Source of the DNA: Scyliorhinus canicula
Lineage: Eukaryota
DNA length: 64,000 bases
Direction: 5' to 3'
Assembly (NCBI RefSeq): GCF_902713615.1
Contig: NC_052165.1
Location: 19,906,522 to 19,970,521, forward strand
Both the position numbers and the translations under genes were made by a program. Positions 48,665 through 60,977 of the stretch are shown here, piece after piece (position 1 is the first letter of the stretch; every line of letters starts with the position of its first letter). The notes below the pieces were generated by a model. The model saw nothing but the letters and a program-made list of their open reading frames with translations. It was not told the origin of the DNA and ran no database searches.

Positions 48665-51034
48665 CGTGCGGGTCCTACAGGCCAATCTCCCTGATTAATG
48701 TTGACGCCAAGCTCCTGGCAAAGGTACTGGTGGTTAGAATGGAGGACTGCGTACCGGAGGTGATTGGGGAGGACCAAACTGGGTTCGTGAAATGTAGGCA
48801 GCTGGCGGCCAACCTGAGAAGATTACTTAATGTGATAATGATGCCCCCGGCGGGCAGGGAGGTGGAGGTAGTGGTGGCGATGGACGCCGAGAAGGCCTTT
48901 GACCGGGTGGAGTGGGACTATCTATGAGAGGTGCTTGGACGGTTTGGGTTCGGGGAGGGATTGGTGGATTGGATCAAATTATTATATCAGGCCCCGAGGG
49001 CCAGCGTCAGGACTAACAGAGAAGTGTTGGAGTACTTTAGGTTGTACCGAGGGACCAGACAGGGCTGCCCGCTCTCCCCGCTGCTGTTTGCGCTGACCAT
49101 AGAGCCGTTGGCGATTGTGCTGAGAGCCGCAGAGGGATGGGAGGGGATGGTGAGGGGCGGGGTAGAACATAGGGTCTCTCTTTACGCAGATGACCTGCTC
49201 CTGTACGTGTCGGACCCAGTGGCCGGGATGGGAAGTATACTGGGAATGTTGAGGAAGTTCGGCCAGTTTTCAGGATACAAATTAAATACGGTCAAGAGTG
49301 AAATGTTTGTGGTACAGGCAAGGGGCCAGGAGAACAGATTGAGAGGGCTACCGTTTAGGCTGGTTGAGGAAAGTTTCCGGTATTTGGGAATCCAGGTGGC
49401 ACGAGACTGGGGCAGGCTGCACAAGTTAAATTTGGCCAGGGTGGTGGAGCAAATGAAGGGAGGGTTTCGGAGATGGGATGCACTCCCGCTGTCGCTGGCA
49501 GGGAGGGTGCAGACTGTAAAGATGACAATCCTCCCTAGATTTCTGTTTGTTTTTCAGTGCATCCCGATCTTTGTTCCACAGTCCTTCTTCAAAAGAGTTA
49601 ACAGGATGATCATGAGCTTTGTCTGGGTGGGAAAATCCCCGCGGGTGAAGAAGGCGATGTTGGATAGGAACCGCAGCGAGGGAGGGCTGGCTTTGCTGAG
49701 TCTGATTAATTATTACTGGGCGGCCAACATCGCTATGATAAGGAAGTGGATGGTGGGTACAGGGTCTATCTGGGAGCGGGTGGAGGCGGCTTCGTGCAGG
49801 GGCTCCAGCTTGGCAGCCCTGGTCACGGCTCCTCTACCGTCGGCCAAGTACTCCACCAGCCCGGTAGTGGTGGCGACCCTGCGGATATGGGGTCAGTGGA
49901 GTAGGCATGTATGGGAGACGGGGGCGTTGGTTTGGGCGCCAATCTGCGACAACCATCGGTTTCCCCCCGGGAGTATGGATGGGGGGTTTCGAGTATGGCG
50001 GTGGGCGGGGGTGGGAAGGGTGGGCAATATGTTCCTGGAAGGGAGCGTTGCGAGTTTGAGGAGCTTGGAGGAGAAATTTGGGCTGGTATGGGGAAATGAT
50101 TTTAGGTACCTACAGTTGCGGGACTTTGTTCGTAGACAGGTCCCATCTTTCCCACGCCTCCCGCCAATGGGGATCCTAGACAGAATAGTCTCTAGGGGGG
50201 AAGAAGGGGAGGGTAGAGTCTCTGGTATTTATAAGGTGCTCATGAGGGAGGAAGGGTCCCAGACGGAGGAACTGAAACTTAAATGGGAGGAGGAGCTAGG
50301 CGGGGAAATGGAGGACGGGCTGTGGGCAGAGGCCCTGAGTAGGGTAAATTCGACCGCGACATGTGCCAGGCTTGGGCTGATTCAATTTAAGGTCGTTCAC
50401 CGGGCCCATATGACGGTGGCTCGGATGAGCAAATTCTTTGGGATAGAGGACAAATGCGCTAGGTGCGCGGGAGGACCAGCGAACCACGTTCACATGTTTT
50501 GGGCATGCGGACGTCATGTCCCGGGTGCTAAAAACAAGGGTGGCGATGGGTCCAGGGGTGGCAATTTTTGGGGTTTTGGAAGACCCGGGAGTCCAGGGGG
50601 AGAAAGAGGCCGATGTTTTGGCCTTTGCTTCCCTGATAGCCCGGCGACGAATTACTATTGGCGTGGAGGGACTCAAAGCCCCCGAAGACTGAGTTGTGGC
50701 TTGCGGACATATCGAGTTTCCTGGGTATGGAAAAAATTAAGTTCGCCTTGAGGGGATCTGTACAGGCGTTCGCCCGGAGGTGGCAACCATTTATTGACTT
50801 CTTTGCAGGAGAGTGAGCGTCAGCAGGGTGGGGGGGAGGGAGGAGTAGAGTAGAGTAGAGTAGGAGGGATAAAATGGCGGGTAGTACCGGTGGGAGAGGA
50901 GCGGGCTTGTGCAGTATGTTACGATTGAAGTATTGAAAGTACATGGATGTTTGCACATTTCTGCCTTCTTTCTGTTGATGTCTGTAACTGTTTACAAAGC
51001 AAAAAGTACCTCAATAAAATTGTTTATTAAAAAA
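48665..51034 (+). mobile_element. L1-clade LINE, 5'-truncated ORF2, antisense to CCDC59 (intron 2)
   Basis: YRPISLIN, DAEKAFDRVEW, GTRQGCPLSP, YADD, C-terminal CARC...HMFW; AATAAA and A-tail; 15-bp TSD AGAATGGAAATCTCC at 48650-48664 and 51035-51049. Confidence 0.93.
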
Positions 51035-51368
51035 AGAATGGAAATCTCCAGGCATGATGTGGGAAACAATATTCAAACACCATAAACAGTTACTACTGAT
51101 TACTAACTGCCAATTGTTATATGCTGGTGGTTAATTTAAAACAAGAATTACAAACCATTCCTAAATGACAACAGTGATCATAATTTAAAAGTATTTAATT
51201 GGTTGGTGAAATGCTTTGGGTCATACAGAGATCGTGAAAAACCTATTGTAAAAGCAAAATTTCTTTGCACATGAATTTAGAAGTTTGAACATTAAACCGT
51301 AACTTGATTGCAGTATTAATATAAGCCTACTTGTGACAATAAAGACTAGCATTAAAAAAAACACCTAC

Positions 51369-51606
51369 TTTTTTGTCTCCTCTTCTTGGGAGTCTGGTTG
51401 ATCTATTGCTACAGTTTTGTTCTTTTTGACTTTCTTTGAATGTTTCTTAAGAAGTTCTTCTTCAGCTAGATACAGGTGGCGTAAATGATCTGGGTAATTC
51501 TCAGTGAACTGCATTTCTTGAGGATGCTGTGCTTTCTTTTCTTTTCTCAGTAACTTCTTGTATTCATGCTTGATCTTCTCCTTTTGTTGGAAAGCAAAGC
51601 CTTTCC
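51369..51606 (-). CDS. CCDC59: CCDC59 coding exon 2 ([24 protein letters not shown]...[18 protein letters not shown]...)
   Basis: Acceptor ctcttacag|GG, donor AA|gtaggt; 238 nt, phase 1 to 2; GFAF and [11 protein letters not shown] motifs of CCDC59. Confidence 0.95.
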
Positions 51607-51971
51607 CTGTAAGAGAACAATATTACCAGGTAAGTATCAACCTAGACTCTAGAATGTATCCGTCATCAAATCAACAACAACATTAGATTTATACTCACCT
51701 CGAACAGTTCATTGCTCAACAATTTTTAAAACTCAACATAATTATTTTACCATTTCCCAGAAGATAATTAGAAACTTGGGGAGTACATCAGAGCAACACA
51801 CATTACACCATTAACTCAAGTGGTGCACCCACAAATATTTAAAAACAGTGGCAAAAGATTAATTCCTCATATTTTAAATGGCACTGTTATGTGCAACAAC
51901 TTGATATTTTACATGCAAGTTTCTGGAGGAGCGCATCTCTACAGTTTGAACAGAACATGGATGGACTGGCA

Positions 51972-52333
51972 GGGCAGCACAGTAGCATAGTGGTCAGCAC
52001 TATTGCTTCACAGCTCCAGGGAAATAGGTTCGATTCCCGGCTTGGTTCACTGTCTATGCGGAGTCTGCATGTTCTCCCCATGTGTGCGTGGGTTTCCTCC
52101 AGGTGCTCCGGTTTCCTTCCACTGTCCAAAGATGTGCAGGTCAGGTGGATTGGCCATGCTAAATTGCCCTCAAGTGTCCAAAATTGCCCTTAAGTGTTGC
52201 ATGGCGTTACCGGGTTATGGGGAGAGGGTGGAGGTGTGGGCATGGGTACGGTGTTCTTTCCAAGAACTGGTGCAAACTCAATGGGCTGAATGGCCTCCTT
52301 CTGCACTGTAAATTCGATGGTTCTATGATTCTA
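51972..52333 (+). mobile_element. HE1-type SINE
   Basis: Full head, body and TCTATGAT tail. Confidence 0.9.
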
Positions 52334-52599
52334 TAAGCAAATTTATTTTAAAAAGTAAACAAGTGGAGAGCATACATCAATATGACCTTGAATAATAACT
52401 TTTAATTTTATAACATTATATGTTCTTAGTAGCAGGAAGAACAACTTCATCACTAGGCCCAAAGATCAAAAGTACCTCTAGCAAAAAACGACGCCGCAAA
52501 TGAAATTGACTCCAGAGGTTATGGGGAACAAAAACTTTCAATTTCCAAACCAAACTTTACAAGTTCATTATTTTCATTAATTATTTGAAATCCAAATCA

Positions 52600-53670
52600 C
52601 CTAGTCAACACCACCATTCCCCATTGATCCCCAAACCATGAAAGTGTTCCTCTTGTCCTCACCTACCAGCCTCCACATTCAACTGATCTTCCTTTGTCAT
52701 TCCCCCCACCTACAGCATGATGCAACCACTGGACAGATCTCCCCACTAATTGCCCACGATACCATTTTTCCCATGCAAGGTTAAAACCTGACCTTTCACT
52801 TCTCCCATCACACCATCCAGGGCCCCAAATGATCATTCTAGGTGAAACAGTAATTTACTGGTATTCCTTTCAATTGCGTATGCTCTGTTCACTACTCGTG
52901 ATGCAATTTCTTCACTGGGGAGACCAAACACATGTTGTGTGGCCACTTTATTCAGTCTGCAAGCTTCTGGTGACCTATCATTCCCACTCTGACCATGCTA
53001 TTCCCAGCCTCCTAAGCCATTCCAAGTGAAGTTCAATGTAAACTTGAGGAACATTTTTCCATAAATTACTTGACAAGTGTTTGGGACTATAATTTAGTTA
53101 GAATAATTTCAGATCACAACCAATGCCCACTGGTTCAGACAGCAACTGTTGGTAAAGATTCTGCTATTCTCCTGGAGACTCCTTTACTTCCTTACTTGTC
53201 CCATTTGCTTTTGCCCTGTGCTAATTTTTGTCATTTAACCTCTCCTGCCTTGCATCTTATTGCATCTTTTTTGTCCTTTCATCCCATTTTTCCTCAATCC
53301 TTTTCCGGCATCTGTACATGCCTGAAACACATTACATCTATTTTTTTTTCAATTAAGGGGCAATTTAGCATGGCCAATCCACCTACCCTGCACATCTTTG
53401 GGTTGTGGGGGCACAACCCATACAAAACACAGGGGAAATGTGCAAACTCCACACAAACAGTGACCGAGAGTCAGGATCGAACCAGGGACCTCGGTGCCGT
53501 GAGGCAGCAATGCTAACCACTGCGCCACCATGCTGCCCGAACACATTACATCTCTAACCTATTGCAATTCTGATGAAAGGTTATCGAGCCGAAACATTAT
53601 GTCTACAACTTGTGCCAGCTGTTACGGATCTGTTGAGCACTTCCAGCATTTTCTGTTTTTCTTTCAGTCA
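52600..53670 (+). mobile_element. Penelope-like element relic (GIY-YIG region plus terminal repeat), interrupted by a SINE
   Basis: Degenerate TIQGPK...GETK GIY-YIG-like coding remnants; CTGATGA...GAAAC core at 53570-53595. Confidence 0.55.
53341..53538 (-). mobile_element. A-tailed tRNA SINE with a 14-bp TSD
   Basis: AACACATTACATCT at 53326-53339 and 53540-53553. Confidence 0.88.
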
Positions 53671-54501
53671 AAAACTAATTTTGTGAGGAACCCACTAGAA
53701 ACTTACTTTAAACATGTTCTGCAGTACAGATTCAAAGCTTTGTAATGTAGCTGCCCGTTACATCTCTACAGGCCGAGATTATTCATGAAGCCCTGTCTTC
53801 GCAACTTTGTGCCTTGCCGGAGGTGTGGTGAACCTCAGGTCAAATCGCCACCAGTCAGTTCTCCCCCTCAAGAGGGGAAAGCAGCCTATGGTCATCTGAG
53901 ACTATAGTGAGTTTACTTTTACTTATACGAATGATACTGTGACAATGCAGTGAGTAGGTTTGCTGGCCTGAGAGAATCTGAGCTATAAGGACTAGGTGGA
54001 ATATTTTTAATGCCTCGTCTTTGCACGTTGACTGAACACCATGGGTTCCCAGGCTAAAGAGAATGGAAATGAGGGGAAGGAGGGGAAAAAAATCATCCAA
54101 CGTTTCTACTTCTGGACGATGGAGCAGTAGCACTGGGGTCAGATGGGATGATGTGAATTAATTTGTCAATGGTAACAGGTAAGAGTGGGCAATGTTGGGC
54201 GAGAAGGAGGGATGGGAGGAGGGGGTAACTTTGAGTTCCCTGTTAAGGTCTGGCAGTGCGCCATGCGTGGGCGCATCGAGCTCCCTCTGCCAGCTGACCT
54301 CAAGTCCACCTTCCTCACTGTCCCCTAATTCCCTCAGCCGCACAGTCTGGGTTTCGCTGTGAAAATTAATGAGGACTGACTGCTCCGATTAGAAGTTTAC
54401 AGGCCGGTTATTTTGTGCTGCAGGCCGCCAGGACATTGAAAGGTCAGCCCGGTGGGCTTGGGCCCTGGTAAGCTCAGCGCTGCGGCCGAGAGAGTCCTCA
54501 C

Positions 54502-54955
54502 CTTCCTTAACACTGCCCCAGCCTTTCTTAAAATGATTCGCCTTCCAGCGGTGCTTCTCTTTTGAAATCTTTCCGCCGCCGGGAGCAGGTCCGGGGCCCG
54601 CGGGATTTCTCATCTTCAAAGAGCCGCCGCCGGGAGCAAGTCCGGGGCCCGCGGGACTTCTCATCTTCAAGGTGCCGCCGGGAACAGGTCCAGGGCCCGC
54701 GGGACTTCTCATCTTCAAGGTGCCGCCGTCGGGAACAGGTCCGGGGCCCGCGGGACTTCTCATCTTCAAGGAGCCGCCGCCGGGAGCAGGTCCGGGGCCC
54801 GCGGGATTTCTCATCTTCAAAGAGCCGCCGTCGGGAACAGGTCCGGGGCCCGCGGGACTTCTCATCTTCAAGGAGCCGCCGCCGGGAGCAGGTCCGGGGC
54901 CCGCGGGACTTCTCATCTTCAAGGAGCCGCCGCCACTCCGCGAGCCGGACGCCAT
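54502..54955 (-). CDS. CCDC59: CCDC59 coding exon 1, containing a 7-copy 16-17 aa tandem repeat
   Basis: AAGATGGCG start; ends RWKANHFKKGWGSVKEG|gtgagg (compare human TWRPNHPQAFVGSVREG); phase 1 matches exon 2. Confidence 0.9.
54573..54934 (-). repeat. Coding minisatellite, 51-bp unit (one 48-bp unit), 7 copies
   Basis: Repeated plus-strand ggtccggggcccgcgggacttctcatcttcaaggagccgccgccgggagca; encodes GGGSLKMR[S/N]PAGPGP[A/V]P. Confidence 0.95.
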
Positions 54956-55157
54956 CTTCACCGACACGTCATTATCGTGCGACGACGGGAGCCGAGGGAG
55001 ATCAAAGCCGGGCTTTGCAGAAGCGGAAAACGCGGCCGGGAGCCTGTGCGGGTTCAGCGGGACATTGGCGTCTCAATCTCCCGGGTGTGGGGGGACCTTG
55101 TTCTCCTTTCGGGTTCCGCTGTGTTAGGGTGTCTGAGGCGGCCTCACCCACTCAAAA
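54935..55157. promoter_or_regulatory. CpG-rich bidirectional promoter shared by CCDC59 and METTL25
   Basis: Divergent start codons only ~200 bp apart (54955 and 55158); high CpG density; YY1-like AAGATGGCG over the CCDC59 start; the same head-to-head arrangement is known in human. Confidence 0.75.
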
Positions 55158-55362
55158 ATGTTCTCTGCCACTGATGTCGGGCTGGAGCTGGTGAAGAGCA
55201 AAATCAAAACTCTCACTGAGTTCCTCGACGTTTACCTCAAAATAGCAAACGTGCACACCGTCGACTTCTACACCGAAGACGTTTGGAATGAGTTCGTGGC
55301 CCTGCCGCCTGAGGCTGTCACCTCACATCTCCTCCATCAGCAGGAAGGCAGCCCTGGAGCGG
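55158..55362 (+). CDS. METTL25: METTL25 coding exon 1 (MFSATDVGLELVKSKIKTLTEFLDVYLKIANVHTVDFYTEDVWNEFV...)
   Basis: N.HTVDFYTE.VW motif of the METTL25 N-terminus; donor G|gtaagg, phase 1. Confidence 0.93.
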
Positions 55363-56149
55363 GTAAGGAAGGGTTTACATCAACTGACTGACCATCCGTG
55401 CATGGAGCAGAACTGACAGCAATCTGTCCCAAAACAAACCTGCAAGAGAAGCTGAGCATCTGGCTCCTGTTCAACCTTGCCACGAGTATTGGCGAACCAG
55501 ATCAGCCGTTGGATTAGCAACCATTCAAAAAATAACCATACATTTTCTATATATACCTTTCATGAGCTCAGACAGGGACCCCCCAAAATTGTTTCACAAA
55601 AGTACTTTCAAAGCAGAGTCACTGTGGTAACGTACTAATGGACTGGACTTTCTTGTCGGATTGGGGACCCGATGCAGGGACCATCTGTGGTACTGAGTCA
55701 ATATTTGCTGGCAGCGCAATCCTCCAGAAGGCGGTTAAGCTTGAGGAGACGTGCTGTTCATTTGCTGCCTCCAGTCTTGCATTATCTTTAATAACACGGG
55801 CTAGACAGTCAATGCTGCAAGCTAAATCAGAGCGGGGACTGCTCTGCAGCCTCCATAGCCCCACTGTTGAGGCAGGTCAGGGAATGCAAGTGTCATTCAA
55901 CATGGAAGCGAAGATTCTTAAAGCTGGGAGGGACATCGGATAGAGGGAAAACACCTTCTTGGGATTAGATGTGGCCACTATTGCAGTCTTTCAATAATGC
56001 GACCTTGCCATTAAATGGCTGCCTGTTTCCAACCCTGTCTCCACATCCACCCTAATGTGTATAGAGAAAAGTTCCACAAACATCGGTCTGACCAATGAAC
56101 CACACAGCATGTTATTTGAAGAAGAGCAGGGAGATGTTTGGGGGTAAAT

Positions 56150-56830
56150 CAACATCTGCCATGTGGGAGGCCTTAAAATGTCAGTTGATAGAAATTCAGG
56201 AAGGCATGATCATGTGAGGAAGAAGGATAAGTAGTGCAAGTTTCGGGAACCTTGGATGATGAGGAATATTGTGAGCCTAGTCCAAAAGAAAAAGGAAGCA
56301 TTTATAATGACTAGAAGGCTAGAAACAGACAAAGAGAAATATAAGGAAAGTAGGAAGGAACTTAAGCAAGGAGTCAGGAGGGCTAAAAGGGGTCATGAAA
56401 AGTCATGGCAAACAGGATTAAGAAAAATCCCAAGGCTTTTTATACATATATAAAGAGCAATAAGGTAGTCAGGGAATCTATGCATGGAGCCAGAGGAAAT
56501 AGGCGAGGTACTACATGAGTACTTTGTATCAGTATTCACTAAAGAGACGGACTTGCTGGATAAGTCTGGGGAAGGGTGTGTAGATAGTCTGGTTATATTG
56601 ATATCAAAAAGGAGGAGGTGCTGGGTGTCTTGAAAAACATCAAGGTAGATCAGTCTCCCGGGCCTGATGGGATCTACCCCAGAATACAGAGGGAGGCAAG
56701 GGAGGAAATTGCTGAGGCCTTTGAATCCTCACTGGCTACAGGTGAGGTCCCAGAGAACTGGAGAATAACTAATGTTGTTGCTCTGGTTAAGAAGGGTCAC
56801 AAGGATAATCCAGGAAATTACAGACTGAGA
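56150..56830 (+). mobile_element. CR1 ORF2 internal fragment
   Basis: IKVDQSPGPDGIYPR, KDNPGNYR. Confidence 0.8.
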
Positions 56831-57021
56831 ATAATTTGCAGCTGTCCTGAGAATCTGCCTGCTTGATATTGTCTGATCATTCCATTCCTCACTGTGATGT
56901 GTACTAATGAGTGGCACGGAACACTGAACATTAAACACTCTTCATGCCTTTGAAATTGTTTCCACAAATTCAATTTTCTGTTGCTATGTATTTTATATTC
57001 ATTGGATACAGGAAAAAAGCT

Positions 57022-57349
57022 GGGCAGCATGGTAGCATAGTGGTTAGCACAATTGCTTCACAGCTCCAGGGTCCCAGGTTCGATACCCGGCTTGGGTCAC
57101 GTTCCCCCCGTGTGTGCGTGGGTTTCCTCCAGGTGCTCCAGTTTCCTCCCACAGTCCAAAGATGTGCAGGTTAGGTGGATTGGCCATGCTAAATTGCCCT
57201 TAGTGTCTGAAATTGCCCTTAGTGCTGGGTGGGATTACTGGGTTATGGGGATAGGGTGGGGGTGTGGGCTTGGTAGGGTGCTCTTTCCAAGAGCCAGTGC
57301 AGACTCGATGGGCCGAATGGCCTCCTTCTGCACTGTAAATTTTATGATT
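57022..57349 (+). mobile_element. HE1-type SINE
   Basis: Full head and tail; small internal deletion. Confidence 0.9.
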
Positions 57350-57518
57350 TCCAAGCTCTCGTGTAGAAATATTGTGGATTTGGTCTTATAAAATATGCTA
57401 CAGATCCAGTGTGTTCAAAAGGATTAATAATTTATTTTTTCACTTTTTCTTTAAGCAACATTAGTTATTAGAGCTCAGGTTTAGTTATTGCTTAAACATT
57501 ATCTTTATTCATAACCAG

Positions 57519-57671
57519 ACAGAACGGGTGCCTCCGTATGGGACCAGACCCAAAAACTTAGCGATGTGGCTGCCTACAGGAGAGTTACTCAGGATCATGC
57601 TCTGCCAAACCTTGGAGTGTGCACACCGCTAGATGACCTGCGACAGGAAATGTGGGGAGATAAGCAAAAAG
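57519..57671 (+). CDS. METTL25: METTL25 coding exon 2 (RTGASVWDQTQKLSDVAAYRRVTQDHALPNLGVCTPLDDLRQEMWGDKQK); later exons lie outside the window
   Basis: Acceptor ataaccag|AC, donor G|gtttgg; 153 nt, phase 1/1; QKL..V.A and NLG.CTP motifs. Confidence 0.88.
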
Positions 57672-58165
57672 GTTTGGAAATCACAAGTTCTGTATTGAGT
57701 CATTGTTTAATGCAACATGGACTGCTTCACATATTACACATGCACAGCATGGAAACAGACCATTCAATTTGGTTTTTGCTGATTTTTATCTGCACAGGTG
57801 CCTTCTCCCACCATCTTCACGTAATTCTGTCAACATAATCTTCTATTCCTTTCTCCCTCATATGCTTATCTAGTTTCACCTTAAATGCATCACGCTATTC
57901 ACCTCGACTGCTCCTCGTGGTAATGAGTTCCGCAATCTAACCACTCTCTGAGTAAAGAAAGTTCTCCTGAATCCCTTATTGGATTTATTTGGGAATATCT
58001 CAAATTTATGGCCAATAATTTTGGTCTTCCCTACAAGTGGAAAGATGTTCTCTACCTTTACCCTTTCATAACCGTAATACCCGTTATCAGGTTCACCTCT
58101 AGGTTCTCACTTTTTTATTTGGGAATTGGTTTAAATAAGCAACTATTCTTGAGTTAAAATGATCC

Positions 58166-58715
58166 ATAAGACATAGGAGCAGAATTAGGCCACTTGGCCC
58201 ATCGAGTCTGCTCCGCCATTCAATCATGGCTGATATTTTTCTCATCCCCATTCTCCTGCCTTCTCCCCATAACCCCTGATCCCCTTATTGATCAAGAACC
58301 TATCTATCTCTGCCTTAAAGACACTCAGTGAATTGGCCTCCACAACCTTCTGCGGCGAAGAGTTCCACGGATTCGCCACCCTCTGGCTGAAAAAAATCCT
58401 CCTAATCTCTGTTTTAAAGGATCGTCCCTTTAATCTGAGATGGTGTCCTCTGATTCTAGTTTTACCTACAAGTGGAAACATCCTCTCCATGTCTACTCTA
58501 TTCAGGCCTCGCAGTATCTTGTAAGTTTCAATAAGATCCCCTCTCATCCTTCTAAACTCCAACGAGTACAGACCCAGAGTCCTCAAATGTTCCACATCCG
58601 ACAAGTTCTTAATTCCAGGGATCATTCTTGTGAACCTCCTCTGGACCCTTTCCAAGGCCAACACATCCTTCATTAGATATGGGGCCCAAAACTGCTCACA
58701 ATACTCCAAATGGGG
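58166..58715 (-). mobile_element. CR1 3' fragment
   Basis: EYCEQFWAPYL...LERVQRRFTRMIPG...GYGEKAGEWG; TCTTATG tail. Confidence 0.9.
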
Positions 58716-59759
58716 TATTAGTTCTTGCCCTGTTACTATTTACATTTGTTTTCCCTGTTAATTTTGTACATCACTATTCTTGAGTTAAAATTTTATCAGG
58801 ATCTGATAAAATGTGAAATTTTACCATTTTACCTCAATCCAAAAGTTAGATTAAATTCTGACCTGCTTTGTCATTGTTAAATGTTTTCGGATTCAAACTT
58901 CCTGATTTCTTTCAGAAAATATCTGGCTTCTTCTTCATATTATTTATTATGGAAATCTACTTCAATCTTCCCTTGTGTCCTCTCTTCAATCATTTAATAT
59001 TCTATCACCACCCTTTATTATTGTAATCAGCAGTTGATCAAAAACATATCAAGTAGCTTTGTGCAGGATGCCATGTCTATTCTGAACCTAGTCTGTCTGA
59101 CTGAATTTTCAACTGTATGTTATATGATATTGCATCTGATTTCAATGAGGGAGTTTTTATTTACTGATGCTGGGAACTGAGGGATCTGGTAGTCTGCAAT
59201 TCCAAGCATGCTGTGTTGTCTTGACTGCATAGCCTTTGATTATGGCCCTGAAATATTCCTTATCGCGATGTCAACCTTATTGATAGGTTTGGCTTATAGT
59301 TAGATGGCAGCATTTGGAGAAAGCCACAGACGTAGGTAGGCCTAATCTCCAACTTTGGGGATAGGAGTGGGGCCAACCTAGGGAAAAGGTTGAGGCATGT
59401 GTGGATATTGTCTCAAGACAGATTTGATCCCAAGGGAAGGTCTGATCCCTTATCTCCATGAGAGAGGCTCTGATTCCTGACCGTGGGGCGACCAATCAAT
59501 TATGGGGTTTGTTGTATGGTGTGTGTGTGGGGCTCGGCAGGTGCATGGTCTGATGGTGGGTAAACCTGGGGATTGGGAGGAAGATTACCTGCTTCTCTCA
59601 GTCCACAAGGAGTGTTGTGAAAGCGCTTGCCTTCTCCCAGAGGCTTTACCTCCCTCAATGCAGTTGCCTGGTTTCTCGAGGCCTGAGCAACCCATCTGGC
59701 TACAGGTAAACCTGCAAAGCTGGTTAGATCTGGAGATTCCAGCCTCACTAATATATGCA

Positions 59760-60690
59760 GGGTGGCACAGTGGTTAGCAATGTTGCCTCACAACGCCAGA
59801 AACTTGGGTTCAATTCCAGCCTTGGGTGACTGTATAGAGTTTGCAGGTTCTCGCCGGGTGCTCTAATTTCCTCGTTCAGTCCAAAGATGTGCAGATTAGG
59901 TGGATTGGCCATGCTAAATTGCCCCTAGTGTCCAATGGTTAGGTGGGGTTATGGGCCAAGATAGTGGGCGGAATTCTCCGACCCCCTGTAGGGTCGGGGA
60001 ATCGCCCGGGGCCAGAATTCTCTGTCACCCGGGAATCGGTGGGAGCGGGAATCACGTTCCGCCAGTCGGCGTGCCCCCCGCGGCGATTCTCCGGCCCGCG
60101 ATGGGCCGAAGACCCACCGCTGACAGGCCAATCCCGCCGATGTGGTTTAAACCACCTCTGTTCCAGCGGGATTGGCGGCGCAAGCGGACCCCCGAGGTCC
60201 CGGGAGGGGGGCGCAGGGCGATCGGACCCCTGGGGATGCCCCCATGGTGGCCTGGCCCGCGATCGGGGCCTACTGATCGGCGGGGGGGCCAGTGCCGTGG
60301 GGGCACTATTTTTCGTCCGCCACGGCCTCCACCATGGCGGAGGTGGAAGAGACCCCCTCCACCGCACAATGCGCCGGTGGTGACGTCAGCGGCCGCTGAT
60401 GCTCCGGCGCGTGCGCGGACCGGCGAAGGCCTTTCGGCCAGCCCCGACACCGGGCGCCGTAGCGCCAAAGGCCGTTGGCGCCATCGGCGGAGCGGGAGCC
60501 ACTCCGGCGCGGGCCTAACCCCTAAAGGTGCGGAGAATTCCACACCTTTGGGGAGGCCTGACGCCGGAGTGGTTGGTGCCACTCTGCTACACCGGGACAC
60601 CCTGCCCCGCCAGGTAGGGGAGAAGTTCGCCCAGGGTGCTCTTTCGGAGGGTCAGAACAAAGTCTATAGGCTGAATGGCCACTTTCTGGG
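59760..60690 (+). mobile_element. HE1-type SINE split by a GC-rich Harbinger-type MITE (59965-60631)
   Basis: SINE sequence stops at ...GATAGT and resumes at AGGGTGCTCTTTC; MITE termini GGGCGGAATTCTCC / GGAGAAGTTCGCCC. Confidence 0.8.
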
Positions 60691-60977
60691 AATGGATTGG
60701 TTATTTACCCCTTGTCTCACTTTAGTAAAACACAGATGTTGACGAGTTGGAGCCAGTTTCCTCACCCTGAATCCCATCCCAATCCCATCCTCTCATGTTA
60801 ATATTTTTTTTTGAGAAAAGTGTAGAAACGTTGAGTATGCTTGGTGACACTACATGGGGCTTGATATTTAGATGGAGGCTCCAAACATATAGAACATATG
60901 TTATATATTCAAATGGTTTAAATATGTTATATATTCAAATGGTTTAAATAAGCAACCATTCTTGAGTTAAAATGATC

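Noticed and set aside
54562-55194. Plus-strand 210-aa and 151-aa ORFs
   Set aside because: They are antisense shadows of the 51-bp CCDC59 repeat.
59939-60742. Overlapping GC-rich ORFs, also at 7730-8369 and 63510-63985
   Set aside because: They lie within non-coding GC-rich MITEs and show no domain motifs.
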